Source: a virus
Lineage: Duplodnaviria > Caudoviricetes
Length of the DNA: 37,197 nt
Strand: one strand, 5' to 3'
IMG/VR virus record: IMGVR_UViG_3300048609_000006
Coordinates: 1 to 37,197 of that record
Position numbers and translations under genes: made by a program. Of this stretch, positions 15,316-25,203 are shown one piece after another. Below the pieces are notes generated by a model that saw only the letters and a program-made list of their open reading frames with translations, did not search any database and was not told the origin of the DNA. Position 1 is the stretch's first letter. Each line of letters starts with the position of its first letter.

Positions 15316-16020
15316 TTATTGTATGGGTTGTCCTGATACTTTCCGCAGTTCATTCGCCAATCGAGCAGCTTCTTTCATGCCAGCGGGATCACCTTGCTTC
15401 TTTGCACATTCATAATCTGGCTTTAAAAATTTATTGATTATTTTGTTTGCATCTTCTTTAAGCATTTCTAATCCCCCTTTCAACTTATCGTTAACCAATT
15501 TCTTAAATCGCTCAAATTCGCTCGGATTACGTACCCAAGGCAGCGGACAATCCTTCCAGCCGACTACCCCCTTATGGGTGAACAGCACTTCCGGGAACCC
15601 TTCGTTTCGGATCAAATGAACAACAATATCGGTAGCATTCTGAAAAGTGTCTTCGTGGATGCTGCCATCGGCTTCGATGCACATTTCAATACCTACTGTA
15701 GTGTCGTTCGGATAATTGCCTAACGCCTTGATTGCATCTGAGAGATATGGCTGCGAGCTGCCGCAATGGTATCCACGTTCATTCGTCGGGATGCTTTGGA
15801 CAATGGATTGCCTGTCTACACTGAAATGCGCTCCGGCATATCGATCCGGCACATTGTCTTTGGTATTTTGATCTTTGAGTCCTATGAAGTAACGGCTTAT
15901 ATTTTTAGCTGGCGCACCTGGAGAGGCAGTGTAGTGCAACACAATCCCCCTCTTGGATTTTAACTTTCTACCATCCCTACTAAAGGGATTTATTTGAATT
16001 AAATCTTGCATGATATCCAA
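15316..16020 (-). CDS. Endolysin, N-acetylmuramoyl-L-alanine amidase (Amidase_2)
   Basis: 'GIVLHYT', 'AHFSVD', 'GYHCG', 'VGIEMC' and 'THK...WKDCP'. Downstream of the holin. Confidence 0.92.
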   Translation of the reverse strand: MDIMQDLIQINPFSRDGRKLKSKRGIVLHYTASPGAPAKNISRYFIGLKDQNTKDNVPDRYAGAHFSVDRQSIVQSIPTNERGYHCGSSQPYLSDAIKALGNYPNDTTVGIEMCIEADGSIHEDTFQNATDIVVHLIRNEGFPEVLFTHKGVVGWKDCPLPWVRNPSEFERFKKLVNDKLKGGLEMLKEDANKIINKFLKPDYECAKKQGDPAGMKEAARLANELRKVSGQPIQ

Positions 16021-16021
16021 T

Positions 16022-16417
16022 TTAACTACCTCCCTTGTTTTTCAGTATTTGAATCATCTTTTTAACCTGATCAGGAAGTGGAAGCCCTAGCCTGCCGTAA
16101 TTCTCCGTTATGCTAATCAGTTCGTTTGCTAGGTAAAAGTAAATTGCTCCTGTTTCGATCACCGAAAGCCCCATAAGCTCATCCATTCGGTGCGCCATGA
16201 CTACAACAACAAGCATAAGCGCCTTTTTCGCTAACCCCCAAAATCCAGTATGCGAACTAAGCCCTTTCCCTTCTTTGAGCGAAGCTGACAATCCTGTAAC
16301 ATAATCGATCACGATGGTCAGCAGGAAAAAACTCAACAAGTCGCTCCATCCCCCGAAAAAATACGATACTAAACTTCCACCAACACCTACACTTGCGTTA
16401 ACTATGGTTTGTTTCAT
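16022..16417 (-). CDS. Holin (phage holin 4-1 / toxin-secretion-type family)
   Basis: 'FFGGW...DYVTG...GLSS..GFWGLAKK...YLANELISITENYGRLGLPLP'. Confidence 0.92.
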   Translation of the reverse strand: MKQTIVNASVGVGGSLVSYFFGGWSDLLSFFLLTIVIDYVTGLSASLKEGKGLSSHTGFWGLAKKALMLVVVVMAHRMDELMGLSVIETGAIYFYLANELISITENYGRLGLPLPDQVKKMIQILKNKGGS

Positions 16418-16439
16418 TCTATCAATCCTCTCTTTGCAT

Positions 16440-16468
16440 AAAAATAGAGCCTAGCTCGGCTAGACTCT
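16440..16468 (-). terminator. Intrinsic terminator after the moron gene
   Basis: Minus strand AGAGTCTAGC-CGA-GCTAGGCTCT-ATTTTT. Confidence 0.75.
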
Positions 16469-16481
16469 TTGATTTAATATT

Positions 16482-16964
16482 TTATTGGGCTAAAGCAGCT
16501 TTTCTAGCTTCCCACATAGCTAGTTCTTCTTTAGCTCTTAGCGATGTCACTTTCCATTGTTCATAAATAGTAAATCGTTTTATATCTGTATCGCCGTTAG
16601 AACTTGATGAAGTTGTTATGGCACCATCAACCGCCCATATGATTCTTTTTTGACGATTAATTTCCTGCGTTACTTTCGTAACATCGTAAGTTGATTCTGT
16701 GACAGATAACTTTTTATTCAATGATATTCCTAAATCGGCATTAAAGGTTACGTCCAATCCAAGTGCATCGCCCATAGTTCTAACGGGAATGTATCCAATT
16801 CCATCGATCACAATTGCTTGTTTTTCTAGTGCTTTACCTTTAATTGTCACAGGAAATGTTCCTTGTACTGCCTTTCCCACTAAACTTTTAATATCATCTG
16901 CATGAACCGATAATGAAAACGTTAGAACAAATCCAAATAATGCACCGATAATGTACTTTCTCAT
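16482..16964 (-). CDS. Secreted protein with copper-amine-oxidase-N (stalk)-like domain; probable moron
   Basis: Start MRKYIIGALFG after AGGAAGTG. Signal peptide ending VHA. 'AIVIDGIGYIPVRTMGDALGLDVTF'. Own TATAAT at 16996-17001. Confidence 0.75.
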   Translation of the reverse strand: MRKYIIGALFGFVLTFSLSVHADDIKSLVGKAVQGTFPVTIKGKALEKQAIVIDGIGYIPVRTMGDALGLDVTFNADLGISLNKKLSVTESTYDVTKVTQEINRQKRIIWAVDGAITTSSSSNGDTDIKRFTIYEQWKVTSLRAKEELAMWEARKAALAQ

Positions 16965-17008
16965 AAATTTACACTTCCTATTGGGTTTTGATATCATTAT
17001 ACGATAGA

Positions 17009-18949
17009 TTACATGATATGGCTATGCCCTGCTGATCCTGCATAAGGAACCCATTGTTTGAGTGTAGTTGGAACTCCTGCTCCGTCATAGCATTGAATGT
17101 AATCCGATGTTGTGAAACCGTGATTGTGACTATCTGCAACAGCGACGGAGCTTGTGGACGATCCAGTAGCAGCCTTACTATTAATCGCAGTCATAATATT
17201 CGTTCCGTTAAACAATAAATTAACCGCTACCAAATCTATCGAACCAAAAAGAGAAGTTAATTCTATATTGTCGATAAGAGCAATCATACCAAGGCCGCTA
17301 TTGCCATATATTCGACCTGTTAATCCGCTAGGATCACTAAATCCTATTCCTGGTGCGCCTCCTATATTTGGTTCGATGCTCATACTATGAGTTGCGTCAT
17401 AGTATGCCGCTAATAAATTTCCAACTGAGCTAAACTCAATCCTTGGATATGACGTTCCTGTTCGGATTAAAGCCCCTGTAAGCGTGCCGCCTGATATTTC
17501 CCCGGTAGCTGTGATTGTCCCCGAGAATGTCCCACTTGTGGCATTTATCTCACCAGTGATTGTCGCACTAGAGGCAAATAAAGCACCTGACTCCGCAACC
17601 CTAAAAGGCGCACTACTTGGGGTAGCATGACCTGCGAAGAAACGAATATCATCCCCGCCAGTGACTGTCGACAACATTCCGACTGTACCAGCTACATCCT
17701 TGATTGAATCAGCAGCTACAACCCAACCGCCTATAGCACCCTCGCCCGAAGTTACCTTCCCGGTGATGTCTGCATTGGTTGCAATTAAATTACCGGCCAT
17801 ATTAACCCTAAACGGAGCAGAGGCAAATGTAACGTGTCCCAGATATATCCCATTCGCATCCGCAATAAAGATGTTATTCCCACTGCCAATCGCAATGCTA
17901 CCACCAACAAATTCAGATGCTTCTATTCGCCCGGTGAAGAATGCATTCCCGTCACCGTCTAGGTATATGACATCGATCCAGTTGTTTCCTGTGCCATCCC
18001 CTTTCTGCAACTTAATCATATTGGCATTCATGATGCTGCGAGCCTTATTGTCGCTTCGAATCGTTTCAAATCCGCTTTCTGGTCCGATGCGTGTGCCAAA
18101 ATAAAGTTTTTCTTTGTAAACTGTTGTACGCTGAATCTGGCTGATTGTGTTTTCTATGCCCTCGATAAAATTAGCGATAGTCACACGACTGTTCATTTTT
18201 AATTTTGGACTATAGTCATATTCGACGATCCGTTGTTGTTCATTTACGCCCAAATCCGAATCAGTAACTCGAATCGTATCACCCAGCTCTATAGCCTCTA
18301 AAGCGCCATATTCTGCGAGCGATGACAACTCTACCATATCGACATCATAAGCCGTTTTGAGTGTGCCAGAACGCTTGTCTTGATGGACAGTGATCCCCTT
18401 TAGGTTCTTGCCTACTCGGAATTGGTTGCCATTGTCTGCCCCCCTTCGAGTGAGTAGATGGACAACATATTTCTCGAACTTGTATTCACCGCCGATAGCA
18501 TTTGCAAACTGAATCAATAGACTACGTCTGCTAGACGCTTCTTGGACACTAAAGGTCGAAACGTCCGTTAGTTCCACTGTCCCTACCGTGAAGCCTGTAC
18601 CGCTCAATATGGCGGTTAGAATCGCAGTGGGATTGCCGTTCTCTGCAATTGAGTCCATGTTGTAAATCGGGTCATTTAGAACAGATTGATTAACTTGCTC
18701 GCAATCGACATCTATAGTTAGTGTTCCGTCTGAATTGCGCTTTTTCTGGAGATAGACAATTTTAAAATAGTTGTTTTCGACTTCAACAATGTTATCAATC
18801 ACGATGTATTGCGACTTTTCTTGATCGATGACAGCCGAGAAAGTAAAGTCGAATTCTTTATTGATGCTTTCGTGCAGATTATCGTTCCAGTAATCGTCGA
18901 TAAATGCTCGCAGTTCGAGAGCGGGATTTCTAATTTTTATGGTCATCAA
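17009..18949 (-). CDS. Tal-like tail spike/hub protein (prophage tail endopeptidase-type N-terminus with fibre extension)
   Basis: 'ILSGTGFTVG', 'FRVGKNLKGI' and 'IELGDTIRVTDSDLG...RIVEYDYSP'. Repeated 'SAPFRV' fibre units. Confidence 0.8.
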   Translation of the reverse strand: MMTIKIRNPALELRAFIDDYWNDNLHESINKEFDFTFSAVIDQEKSQYIVIDNIVEVENNYFKIVYLQKKRNSDGTLTIDVDCEQVNQSVLNDPIYNMDSIAENGNPTAILTAILSGTGFTVGTVELTDVSTFSVQEASSRRSLLIQFANAIGGEYKFEKYVVHLLTRRGADNGNQFRVGKNLKGITVHQDKRSGTLKTAYDVDMVELSSLAEYGALEAIELGDTIRVTDSDLGVNEQQRIVEYDYSPKLKMNSRVTIANFIEGIENTISQIQRTTVYKEKLYFGTRIGPESGFETIRSDNKARSIMNANMIKLQKGDGTGNNWIDVIYLDGDGNAFFTGRIEASEFVGGSIAIGSGNNIFIADANGIYLGHVTFASAPFRVNMAGNLIATNADITGKVTSGEGAIGGWVVAADSIKDVAGTVGMLSTVTGGDDIRFFAGHATPSSAPFRVAESGALFASSATITGEINATSGTFSGTITATGEISGGTLTGALIRTGTSYPRIEFSSVGNLLAAYYDATHSMSIEPNIGGAPGIGFSDPSGLTGRIYGNSGLGMIALIDNIELTSLFGSIDLVAVNLLFNGTNIMTAINSKAATGSSTSSVAVADSHNHGFTTSDYIQCYDGAGVPTTLKQWVPYAGSAGHSHIM

Positions 18950-18963
18950 ATACCTCCAAGCTC

Positions 18964-18993
18964 AAAATAAAAAGCCCTGAGTAATCAGAGCTT
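18964..18993 (-). terminator. Intrinsic terminator inside the tail operon
   Basis: Minus strand AAGCTCTGA-TTAC-TCAGGGCTT-TTTATTTT. Confidence 0.7.
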
Positions 18994-19012
18994 GCTGCAC
19001 AATTTCATCCAA

Positions 19013-21358
19013 CTATGAAATTGTTCCACCGCCGCTGGTTGCTTCGGCTGTAGTTCCTGATGGCTGCGTACTACTTTTCCCAATTTTAGCCGAGTTAACA
19101 GCATTTAATCCGACGGTGTTTCCAGTTCCCGTATTCGTTAAACTAGTTACTAACGACTGCGATTCAACTTCAATACCCACGAATCGATTAGAAACATTAC
19201 AGGTATCAACAGTCCCAGAAGCATGATTAAATAGGAATCCGTATTTACCCGTAGCGGATACCACTGTATCACAGAATTTAAAATCAACACTCGTACTATA
19301 TAGTGCTAAAAACGCGTTTTGTGCTGCATTAGTAGCTCTAAATCCCTTTATGATTACTGGAATGTAACAATTACTTACTATAATATTTGGAGTTAGAAAA
19401 TTTGCTGCTGCTGCTAAGTTAGCCCCTCCGTTGATAGTCACTGAAGCTCTCCCATAAGCGCTGTCAAGCACAATGTCTGGATAAGTGCCCGCAACACAAT
19501 TAATTACAATTTCATGATTTTTAAACATAGGCAATCTCAACAAGGCAGATTCTATTGTTTGTAAAGGTGTAAGACTGTCTAAACCATCATTTAACGTATC
19601 GCTACCTGACAATGGATCAACATAGTAAGTCAATATTTCATTTGTCATTGTGAGTGCATCGCTCCTCACATCTGCTAGTTCCTTGACCAAACCATTAAAA
19701 GCAGGAGTATACATCATATCGTGTCCCAATCCACTTGGATGTACAGTTGCACTTCCGCTTTCGGCGCTATTGTATTTACCTAGCAAGTCCAATTCGGTAT
19801 ATAATGGAGTGCTGACAATTTTATCCATAGCAGACAAGCTTAGATTCGATATGATTGGAGGTGTTCCGTCGCCACCTATTGATATACCACCATCCTGATT
19901 CATGCGATAGGAAGTAACGGTAAGTACCAATACATTGTTTACATAGACTATATGGTTTGATCCTTTCACAATTATTTTCAATGTATGATTCGTGCTAATT
20001 GGTATATTGATCAAACCACTAGTTGAAATTAATGTTGTGTTGTAATAAAGTGATGCAGTTCCAGTAGAGCCGCCTTGGATTTTAAGTATCAGGTTTCCAA
20101 ACGTGGGATCATCCCTATACTTGAAAACTAAATTACCAGACGCTCCTATGGCAGATTGCTTAAAGGTCATATCAATAGTGCCGTTATACATATTAAAAGC
20201 ACGACTAACAAATTTATTCGTTACCGCATTAGGTGTAAGCACTCCAGAAGCTAGTACAAATGAACTTATATCACCAGTCCATAAAGAAGGGTAGTTAATA
20301 AAGTCTAGTTCTCTTCGACCAACTCTAGCCACATCTTCCACGCCGTTAATTAGAATATTGTATAAACGATTTGCATCAGCAACATAATATCCGTTGTCTA
20401 CACCCCAATTCCTTGTAGCCCTAGCTAGAGATTGGGTAATCCGTTGATTTAGTACGCTACCACCATGACTTGCAGATTGTATAAAAGTAGGAACGACAAC
20501 AACAGATGGTATAGTAAGCCATGTTGCAATAGTCGATTTAAAAAAGTCTGCATAAAACGAAAATGTATAGTCACTACCAACTCCGCTTGCATCATTCATG
20601 CCAAAAGCTAAAACGATTACATCTGGACGGAATCTTTTAACAGCATCTATCCACGACTCTCCAATAATAGACCAAGAACGGTAGAAGCCTGTGTTTGTAT
20701 CAACAGGTTCAGATGCCATTCCGAGGAAAGTAGGACTAGTTGCCAAATATAAATTTCTTCCGCCTAATGAATAGTTTGCGACTGTGACTGTTTTCCCGGG
20801 CATAACATTGCGAATTGCTTGTTCAACTCTTGAGGCGTATTTTTCTTCATCATTAACTATGTCGCTACCTTCGGTAATTGAATCTCCTAAGAATAATACT
20901 CTTACCTCTCCTCGTAGCGCAACTGCCCTCCTAGCTTGTAACAGGGAATTGTATGGGACAATGTTTATTTCATTAATCGCTTCGGAATACATAGCTGCTG
21001 TTTTTGCTAGTTTTGCACTTACCCCACTTAATTGTTCAACATAAACTTGATCCCCACCCACATCTAACGTTGCATTATTACCGACTAAGCTAACTTGATC
21101 TAATCCAGTTAATGCCGTTGCGCTGTAGATGCCTTGAGGAAAAAATACGAGTTTAGAATCACCTGCAATAACAGCATTAATAGTATTTTGTATTTTAGTA
21201 GTTTCATCTGATCCATCTCCAATAACTCCATATGACTTTACGTTTATCCCTCGCTGCACAACATCCGCCTGAAGCGCAATACGCTCCGTTTCTAAATAAC
21301 TAAAATTGTCATTCAAAACTTGCGATGCAATACTAGTTCCAACCGCTTGTATAGTCAT
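19013..21358 (-). CDS. Tail spike / receptor-binding protein with SGNH-hydrolase, lectin-like and beta-helix regions
   Basis: 'INVKSYGVIGDGSDETTKIQ...FFPQGIY' leader. GDSITEG, FGMND and VHPSGLGH blocks. C-terminal 'YYVDPLSGSDTLNDG...PLQTI' beta-helix start. Confidence 0.75.
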   Translation of the reverse strand: MTIQAVGTSIASQVLNDNFSYLETERIALQADVVQRGINVKSYGVIGDGSDETTKIQNTINAVIAGDSKLVFFPQGIYSATALTGLDQVSLVGNNATLDVGGDQVYVEQLSGVSAKLAKTAAMYSEAINEINIVPYNSLLQARRAVALRGEVRVLFLGDSITEGSDIVNDEEKYASRVEQAIRNVMPGKTVTVANYSLGGRNLYLATSPTFLGMASEPVDTNTGFYRSWSIIGESWIDAVKRFRPDVIVLAFGMNDASGVGSDYTFSFYADFFKSTIATWLTIPSVVVVPTFIQSASHGGSVLNQRITQSLARATRNWGVDNGYYVADANRLYNILINGVEDVARVGRRELDFINYPSLWTGDISSFVLASGVLTPNAVTNKFVSRAFNMYNGTIDMTFKQSAIGASGNLVFKYRDDPTFGNLILKIQGGSTGTASLYYNTTLISTSGLINIPISTNHTLKIIVKGSNHIVYVNNVLVLTVTSYRMNQDGGISIGGDGTPPIISNLSLSAMDKIVSTPLYTELDLLGKYNSAESGSATVHPSGLGHDMMYTPAFNGLVKELADVRSDALTMTNEILTYYVDPLSGSDTLNDGLDSLTPLQTIESALLRLPMFKNHEIVINCVAGTYPDIVLDSAYGRASVTINGGANLAAAANFLTPNIIVSNCYIPVIIKGFRATNAAQNAFLALYSTSVDFKFCDTVVSATGKYGFLFNHASGTVDTCNVSNRFVGIEVESQSLVTSLTNTGTGNTVGLNAVNSAKIGKSSTQPSGTTAEATSGGGTIS

Positions 21359-21367
21359 TTATATCAT

Positions 21368-22153
21368 CTACTTTCCTGCAATTGTTGCGGTTATTGTAGC
21401 TGCTCCACTGGATCGCAAACGGACATAACGAGCTGCTGTTTCGAAACTTATATGAAAGCTACCACTACCGCCTAGCACGACATTCGTGCTTGTTTCGTAG
21501 AACGTTGTATTGTCTTGGCTTACCCATGCCGTGATCGTTGTTGCGGCATCCACGTTTCCAAAAGCCGAGATTCGATATTGATATTGGCAGTCTATCGCGG
21601 TTGAATCCCCGCCAGCCGAAACAGCAGCAGCGCTCCATGCATTCGCTTGTGTTCCGACTACAGCACCAACAATAATATTCTCCCCTGCTGTTTGCGAAAT
21701 CTTAGACACTGTTCGATTTGTTGTGCCATCTGTGGTTTGGTCTATGCCGAACTTCCCAATGAGGTTCGTCCCTGCTGGAATAGCTGCGCTTAAAGTGGTG
21801 TTTATTGTTTTAAGCCGGTCAAGCACTGTATTTGCTGTAGGTGAAGCCGTAACGAGTCCGAGAATGGCTTGTATGCCCTTTAGTAATGCGATTGCACTAC
21901 CTGAACTTGAAGCGTCCTGAATTGCTGCATCCGCCTTTGCTCCGAGTGTTATATCCGCACCGTCAATCTTTTGTATATATCCCGCATTAGCGACCGCAAA
22001 TAGAGCCACACCAGCCGCATCGTAAATGATAGTCCTTGCCGATCCGTTAACACCTTGCACCTTTTCATATGCGGTTCCTGTCCAATATTGAGGGACGGGA
22101 GAAAGTGGATTGCTTTGATATGCCGTAGCCTCGCGAATTAATGTATCTGCCAA
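21368..22153 (-). CDS. Putative minor tail/baseplate structural protein
   Basis: Ala/Gly/Thr-rich, 'IPAGTNLIGK' fibre motif, C-terminal beta-sandwich 'ARYVRLR'. Directly after Dit. Confidence 0.6.
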   Translation of the reverse strand: MADTLIREATAYQSNPLSPVPQYWTGTAYEKVQGVNGSARTIIYDAAGVALFAVANAGYIQKIDGADITLGAKADAAIQDASSSGSAIALLKGIQAILGLVTASPTANTVLDRLKTINTTLSAAIPAGTNLIGKFGIDQTTDGTTNRTVSKISQTAGENIIVGAVVGTQANAWSAAAVSAGGDSTAIDCQYQYRISAFGNVDAATTITAWVSQDNTTFYETSTNVVLGGSGSFHISFETAARYVRLRSSGAATITATIAGK

Positions 22154-22166
22154 TCAAATCACTCCT

Positions 22167-23045
22167 TTACACAAATTTATTAAGCCATTGATAAGTGACC
22201 GTCGCCAATGGGGATGCGCCTGTAAAAGTAAATAAGTTTTCTCCAATGTCCATCGTTATAAAGTCGCCTGTAAGGTAGCTCAGGGCGTTTACGCCATCAA
22301 TGGTCACAATCTTTCTATTTCCATCTATCAGCAAGGTTTGATTTACGAGAGTTGTCGTAATTGTTATCGTGTCGCCATTTGCACTTGTGATAGTCGGGTT
22401 TATTACGTCACCTGAAATTTCTACGATAAGCGGCGTTTCCACCGCCCCGTAATTGTGCTGACTACTGAAATGAGTCGAATACATCCACACAAACCCAGCC
22501 CACATTCTCGGATCACCTATGGGAACAATCGTTGTGGGCGCTAAAAATGACCAATCCTGTACAAATCGAGCATTCGGATATATAAGTCCTGTATCGTATT
22601 CAAGCCCCACATCATACAAATAGGTTTCGTCATATGCTTCGGCTACAGCATAGGCGAAGGGGTCATACGCAAGCAATGGAAGATCAAAAAATCCATACTT
22701 CAATAGGCGCTGTATTGGCAAACTCCCAGAATACCGCACGATATAATACTTTTCGGTTTCATCATAGAATTGAAGCACCATGTTGCGCGGCTTTCCGCTT
22801 GCATCCATTAGAAATGCCGCGAATGTCCTGATTTTCGCTTGTAAAGCAGTTGTGGATATCTCGTCTTTCCAGGCAAGAGGAACCTTAAATGATCGCGGAC
22901 CCATATCAGCCCCGAAGTCGTATGCTCCGTCACGCTCTGGAATTTCTACAATTTTATCACGGGTTTCAGACAACATTGGAATGTCTTGTTCTATTTTTTC
23001 AACCAGCCCAAACGATGCAAACGTACTTCCGTCCAACGTACTCAT
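22167..23045 (-). CDS. Distal tail protein (Dit)
   Basis: 'VEIPERDGAYDFG...PRSF', 'KYYIVRYSG' and 'AYDPFAY'. Immediately after the tape measure gene. Confidence 0.85.
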   Translation of the reverse strand: MSTLDGSTFASFGLVEKIEQDIPMLSETRDKIVEIPERDGAYDFGADMGPRSFKVPLAWKDEISTTALQAKIRTFAAFLMDASGKPRNMVLQFYDETEKYYIVRYSGSLPIQRLLKYGFFDLPLLAYDPFAYAVAEAYDETYLYDVGLEYDTGLIYPNARFVQDWSFLAPTTIVPIGDPRMWAGFVWMYSTHFSSQHNYGAVETPLIVEISGDVINPTITSANGDTITITTTLVNQTLLIDGNRKIVTIDGVNALSYLTGDFITMDIGENLFTFTGASPLATVTYQWLNKFV

Positions 23046-25201
23046 GTCGGCACCATCCCCATTCCCCGATTGTATCTGGACGAACGATCATTTTGCGGCC
23101 TCGATATTGCATCAGCCACTTTTCGGCCATCAACATTTATTGTGGTATTTATAATCGGAGATTGTTTATTGCCTTGCAAGTTATTATTATTTAAAGCGGG
23201 ATTATAAGCTTTCGGGACAACCGCTTCTCCTTTGTGGAGCATGGCAACCATATCATATGGTACATTATTAGTTCCGATAGCCAGCTTAGGGATGTTCGGT
23301 ATTTGCGGCATACCGAACGTCTGTCCACCGATAGAACCGCCACCAATTGTTTTCCCTAGAACCGTAACTGATGGTATATCCACCGTTGGAATAGATATCG
23401 TTATTCCGTTGAATTTGTTGATAAACGAGTTTATCAGACCAATCACATTATTAATTGCGTTCTTGATCGTTCCAGTGATACCCTGCCAAACCGATTCTAC
23501 CTTTTTTGTGATTGAATCCCACACACCGCTGAGTACATTTGCTATGGAATTAAATACACTGGATGCAGTCGATTTGATACTCTCCCACGTCTTAACAAAA
23601 AAACCAGCAATAGCTCCCCAAATCTTCTCAGTGGTAGCTTTGATTGTGTCCCAATTGGCTATTACAACAGCCACAACAGCGACGATAGCGGCTGTTACCC
23701 ATGCTATCGGACCCAAAGCTATGATCCATGCCGCAGCCATTCGAGCAGCTTGTAATAGACTTTGAGTACCCATCCAAACCCACTTTGCAACCATGATGGC
23801 AAATTGTGCAACATTGACGGCGGCACTGGCTATTGCTCCCGCTGCGGTACTAGCCCAAGCGGCTACAACTTGAATAGCTGACCTTGTACCCTCACTTCCA
23901 AGGAAAATCCACGAAATGGCTGTTGCTGTGGCGCTGGCGATGCTTGCAGCCATAGGAATAATAGTACCTGCTATGGCTGTTGTCATCATACCTATTGCGA
24001 TTAATAATGGTCCGATTGCAGCCACTACAAGACCGATTATAACAGTGACATTTTGCATCTTAGGGCTGAGATTTTCGAACCATGTAACAATACTTTCGAT
24101 TGCGGTTGAAATCTTAGGAAGCCAACTTTCAGCTAAGTTAAGCAGAATGACCCCCAACGGTTCGAGCGCTGTTTGAGCATTTCGCCACATTTCAGTTAAG
24201 CGTGAACCAAAATTATTGTTTAATGCTTCCCCTGCTTTTTGTGTAGCTCCATCCACGACCCCTAACTGATCGGTTGTAGTTGCCATAGCCGTTATCACTT
24301 TAGATTCCAAGTCTTCCCACTGTGTACCAAATAGAGCGACACCCGCAGTCGTTCGTGCTACTGGATCGGTCATAGCTGCTAGTCCAGCAATCGTAGCTTG
24401 AAAAGCTTGTTCTCCCTTAGTTCCACCTTCGGCAATGGCTGTTCCCATTTGTTTAGCATTCAATCCAATCATTGCGAATCCATCTGCCGTTTTGGTAGAT
24501 CCGTCTTTTGCTCTAATATTGAATTCCTTCATTGCGTCCCCAACCTTGTCCAAGTTGAAGGCTCCACCCTTAGCCCCCGCAATGAGGATATTGAGCATAC
24601 CCTCCGCAGAATGTCCCATTGTTGAGAATTGAGGTGCGTACTCATTCAAGGTATCCAGCAACTCGCCTGAGTAATCGCCACCTTTTTGAAATCCTACAGT
24701 CATGATGTCAAATGCCTTTTGTCCATCGATCCCGAAGTTCTTCATCATGGTTGAAGCGGTTTTAGTGGATTGTGCAATGTCGGCTCCAAATGTATCGCGC
24801 AAAATAAAAGCTTGCTCTGTTAATCCTTGCAAATCCGTGTCACTAACACCTTCCATATTCTTTTTGACCAACGCCAATGCTTCGGCAACTTCATCCAACG
24901 AATCACCAAAGGCGTTTTTCCAAACGTTCTTTGCAATGTCTCCAAGCTTCTCTGCTTCTTCACCTGTTATTCCTAACTGTGACTGGAGTTTGCCCATAGC
25001 TTTTTCTGAGTTAGCTGCAAAATTACCGGCAGCTAAACCTAATCCAGCAAGCGGCGCAGTTAGGGAAGCGGTTAGCGAAGCCCCTACTTTTTTAAAAGTT
25101 TCTCCTGTCCTGTTCAACGCTCTTTGAGCATTTTGTAACTGCCGTTCTAAATCAGAGACTACGGCAGTTATACGCACAGTTATGGTTCTTATTATCGCCA
25201 T
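23042..25201 (-). CDS. Tape measure protein
   Basis: 719 aa. PhageMin_Tail-type region 'ELLDTLNEY...FNLDKVGDAMKEFNIR', hydrophobic segments and W-periodic repeats. Confidence 0.92.
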   Translation of the reverse strand: MAIIRTITVRITAVVSDLERQLQNAQRALNRTGETFKKVGASLTASLTAPLAGLGLAAGNFAANSEKAMGKLQSQLGITGEEAEKLGDIAKNVWKNAFGDSLDEVAEALALVKKNMEGVSDTDLQGLTEQAFILRDTFGADIAQSTKTASTMMKNFGIDGQKAFDIMTVGFQKGGDYSGELLDTLNEYAPQFSTMGHSAEGMLNILIAGAKGGAFNLDKVGDAMKEFNIRAKDGSTKTADGFAMIGLNAKQMGTAIAEGGTKGEQAFQATIAGLAAMTDPVARTTAGVALFGTQWEDLESKVITAMATTTDQLGVVDGATQKAGEALNNNFGSRLTEMWRNAQTALEPLGVILLNLAESWLPKISTAIESIVTWFENLSPKMQNVTVIIGLVVAAIGPLLIAIGMMTTAIAGTIIPMAASIASATATAISWIFLGSEGTRSAIQVVAAWASTAAGAIASAAVNVAQFAIMVAKWVWMGTQSLLQAARMAAAWIIALGPIAWVTAAIVAVVAVVIANWDTIKATTEKIWGAIAGFFVKTWESIKSTASSVFNSIANVLSGVWDSITKKVESVWQGITGTIKNAINNVIGLINSFINKFNGITISIPTVDIPSVTVLGKTIGGGSIGGQTFGMPQIPNIPKLAIGTNNVPYDMVAMLHKGEAVVPKAYNPALNNNNLQGNKQSPIINTTINVDGRKVADAISRPQNDRSSRYNRGMGMVPT

Positions 25202-25203
25202 AT

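Noticed and set aside
23232-25127. Several plus-strand ORFs within the tape measure gene, and similar ones across the late genes
   Set aside because: Antisense shadows of well-supported genes, with no RBS or recognisable motifs.
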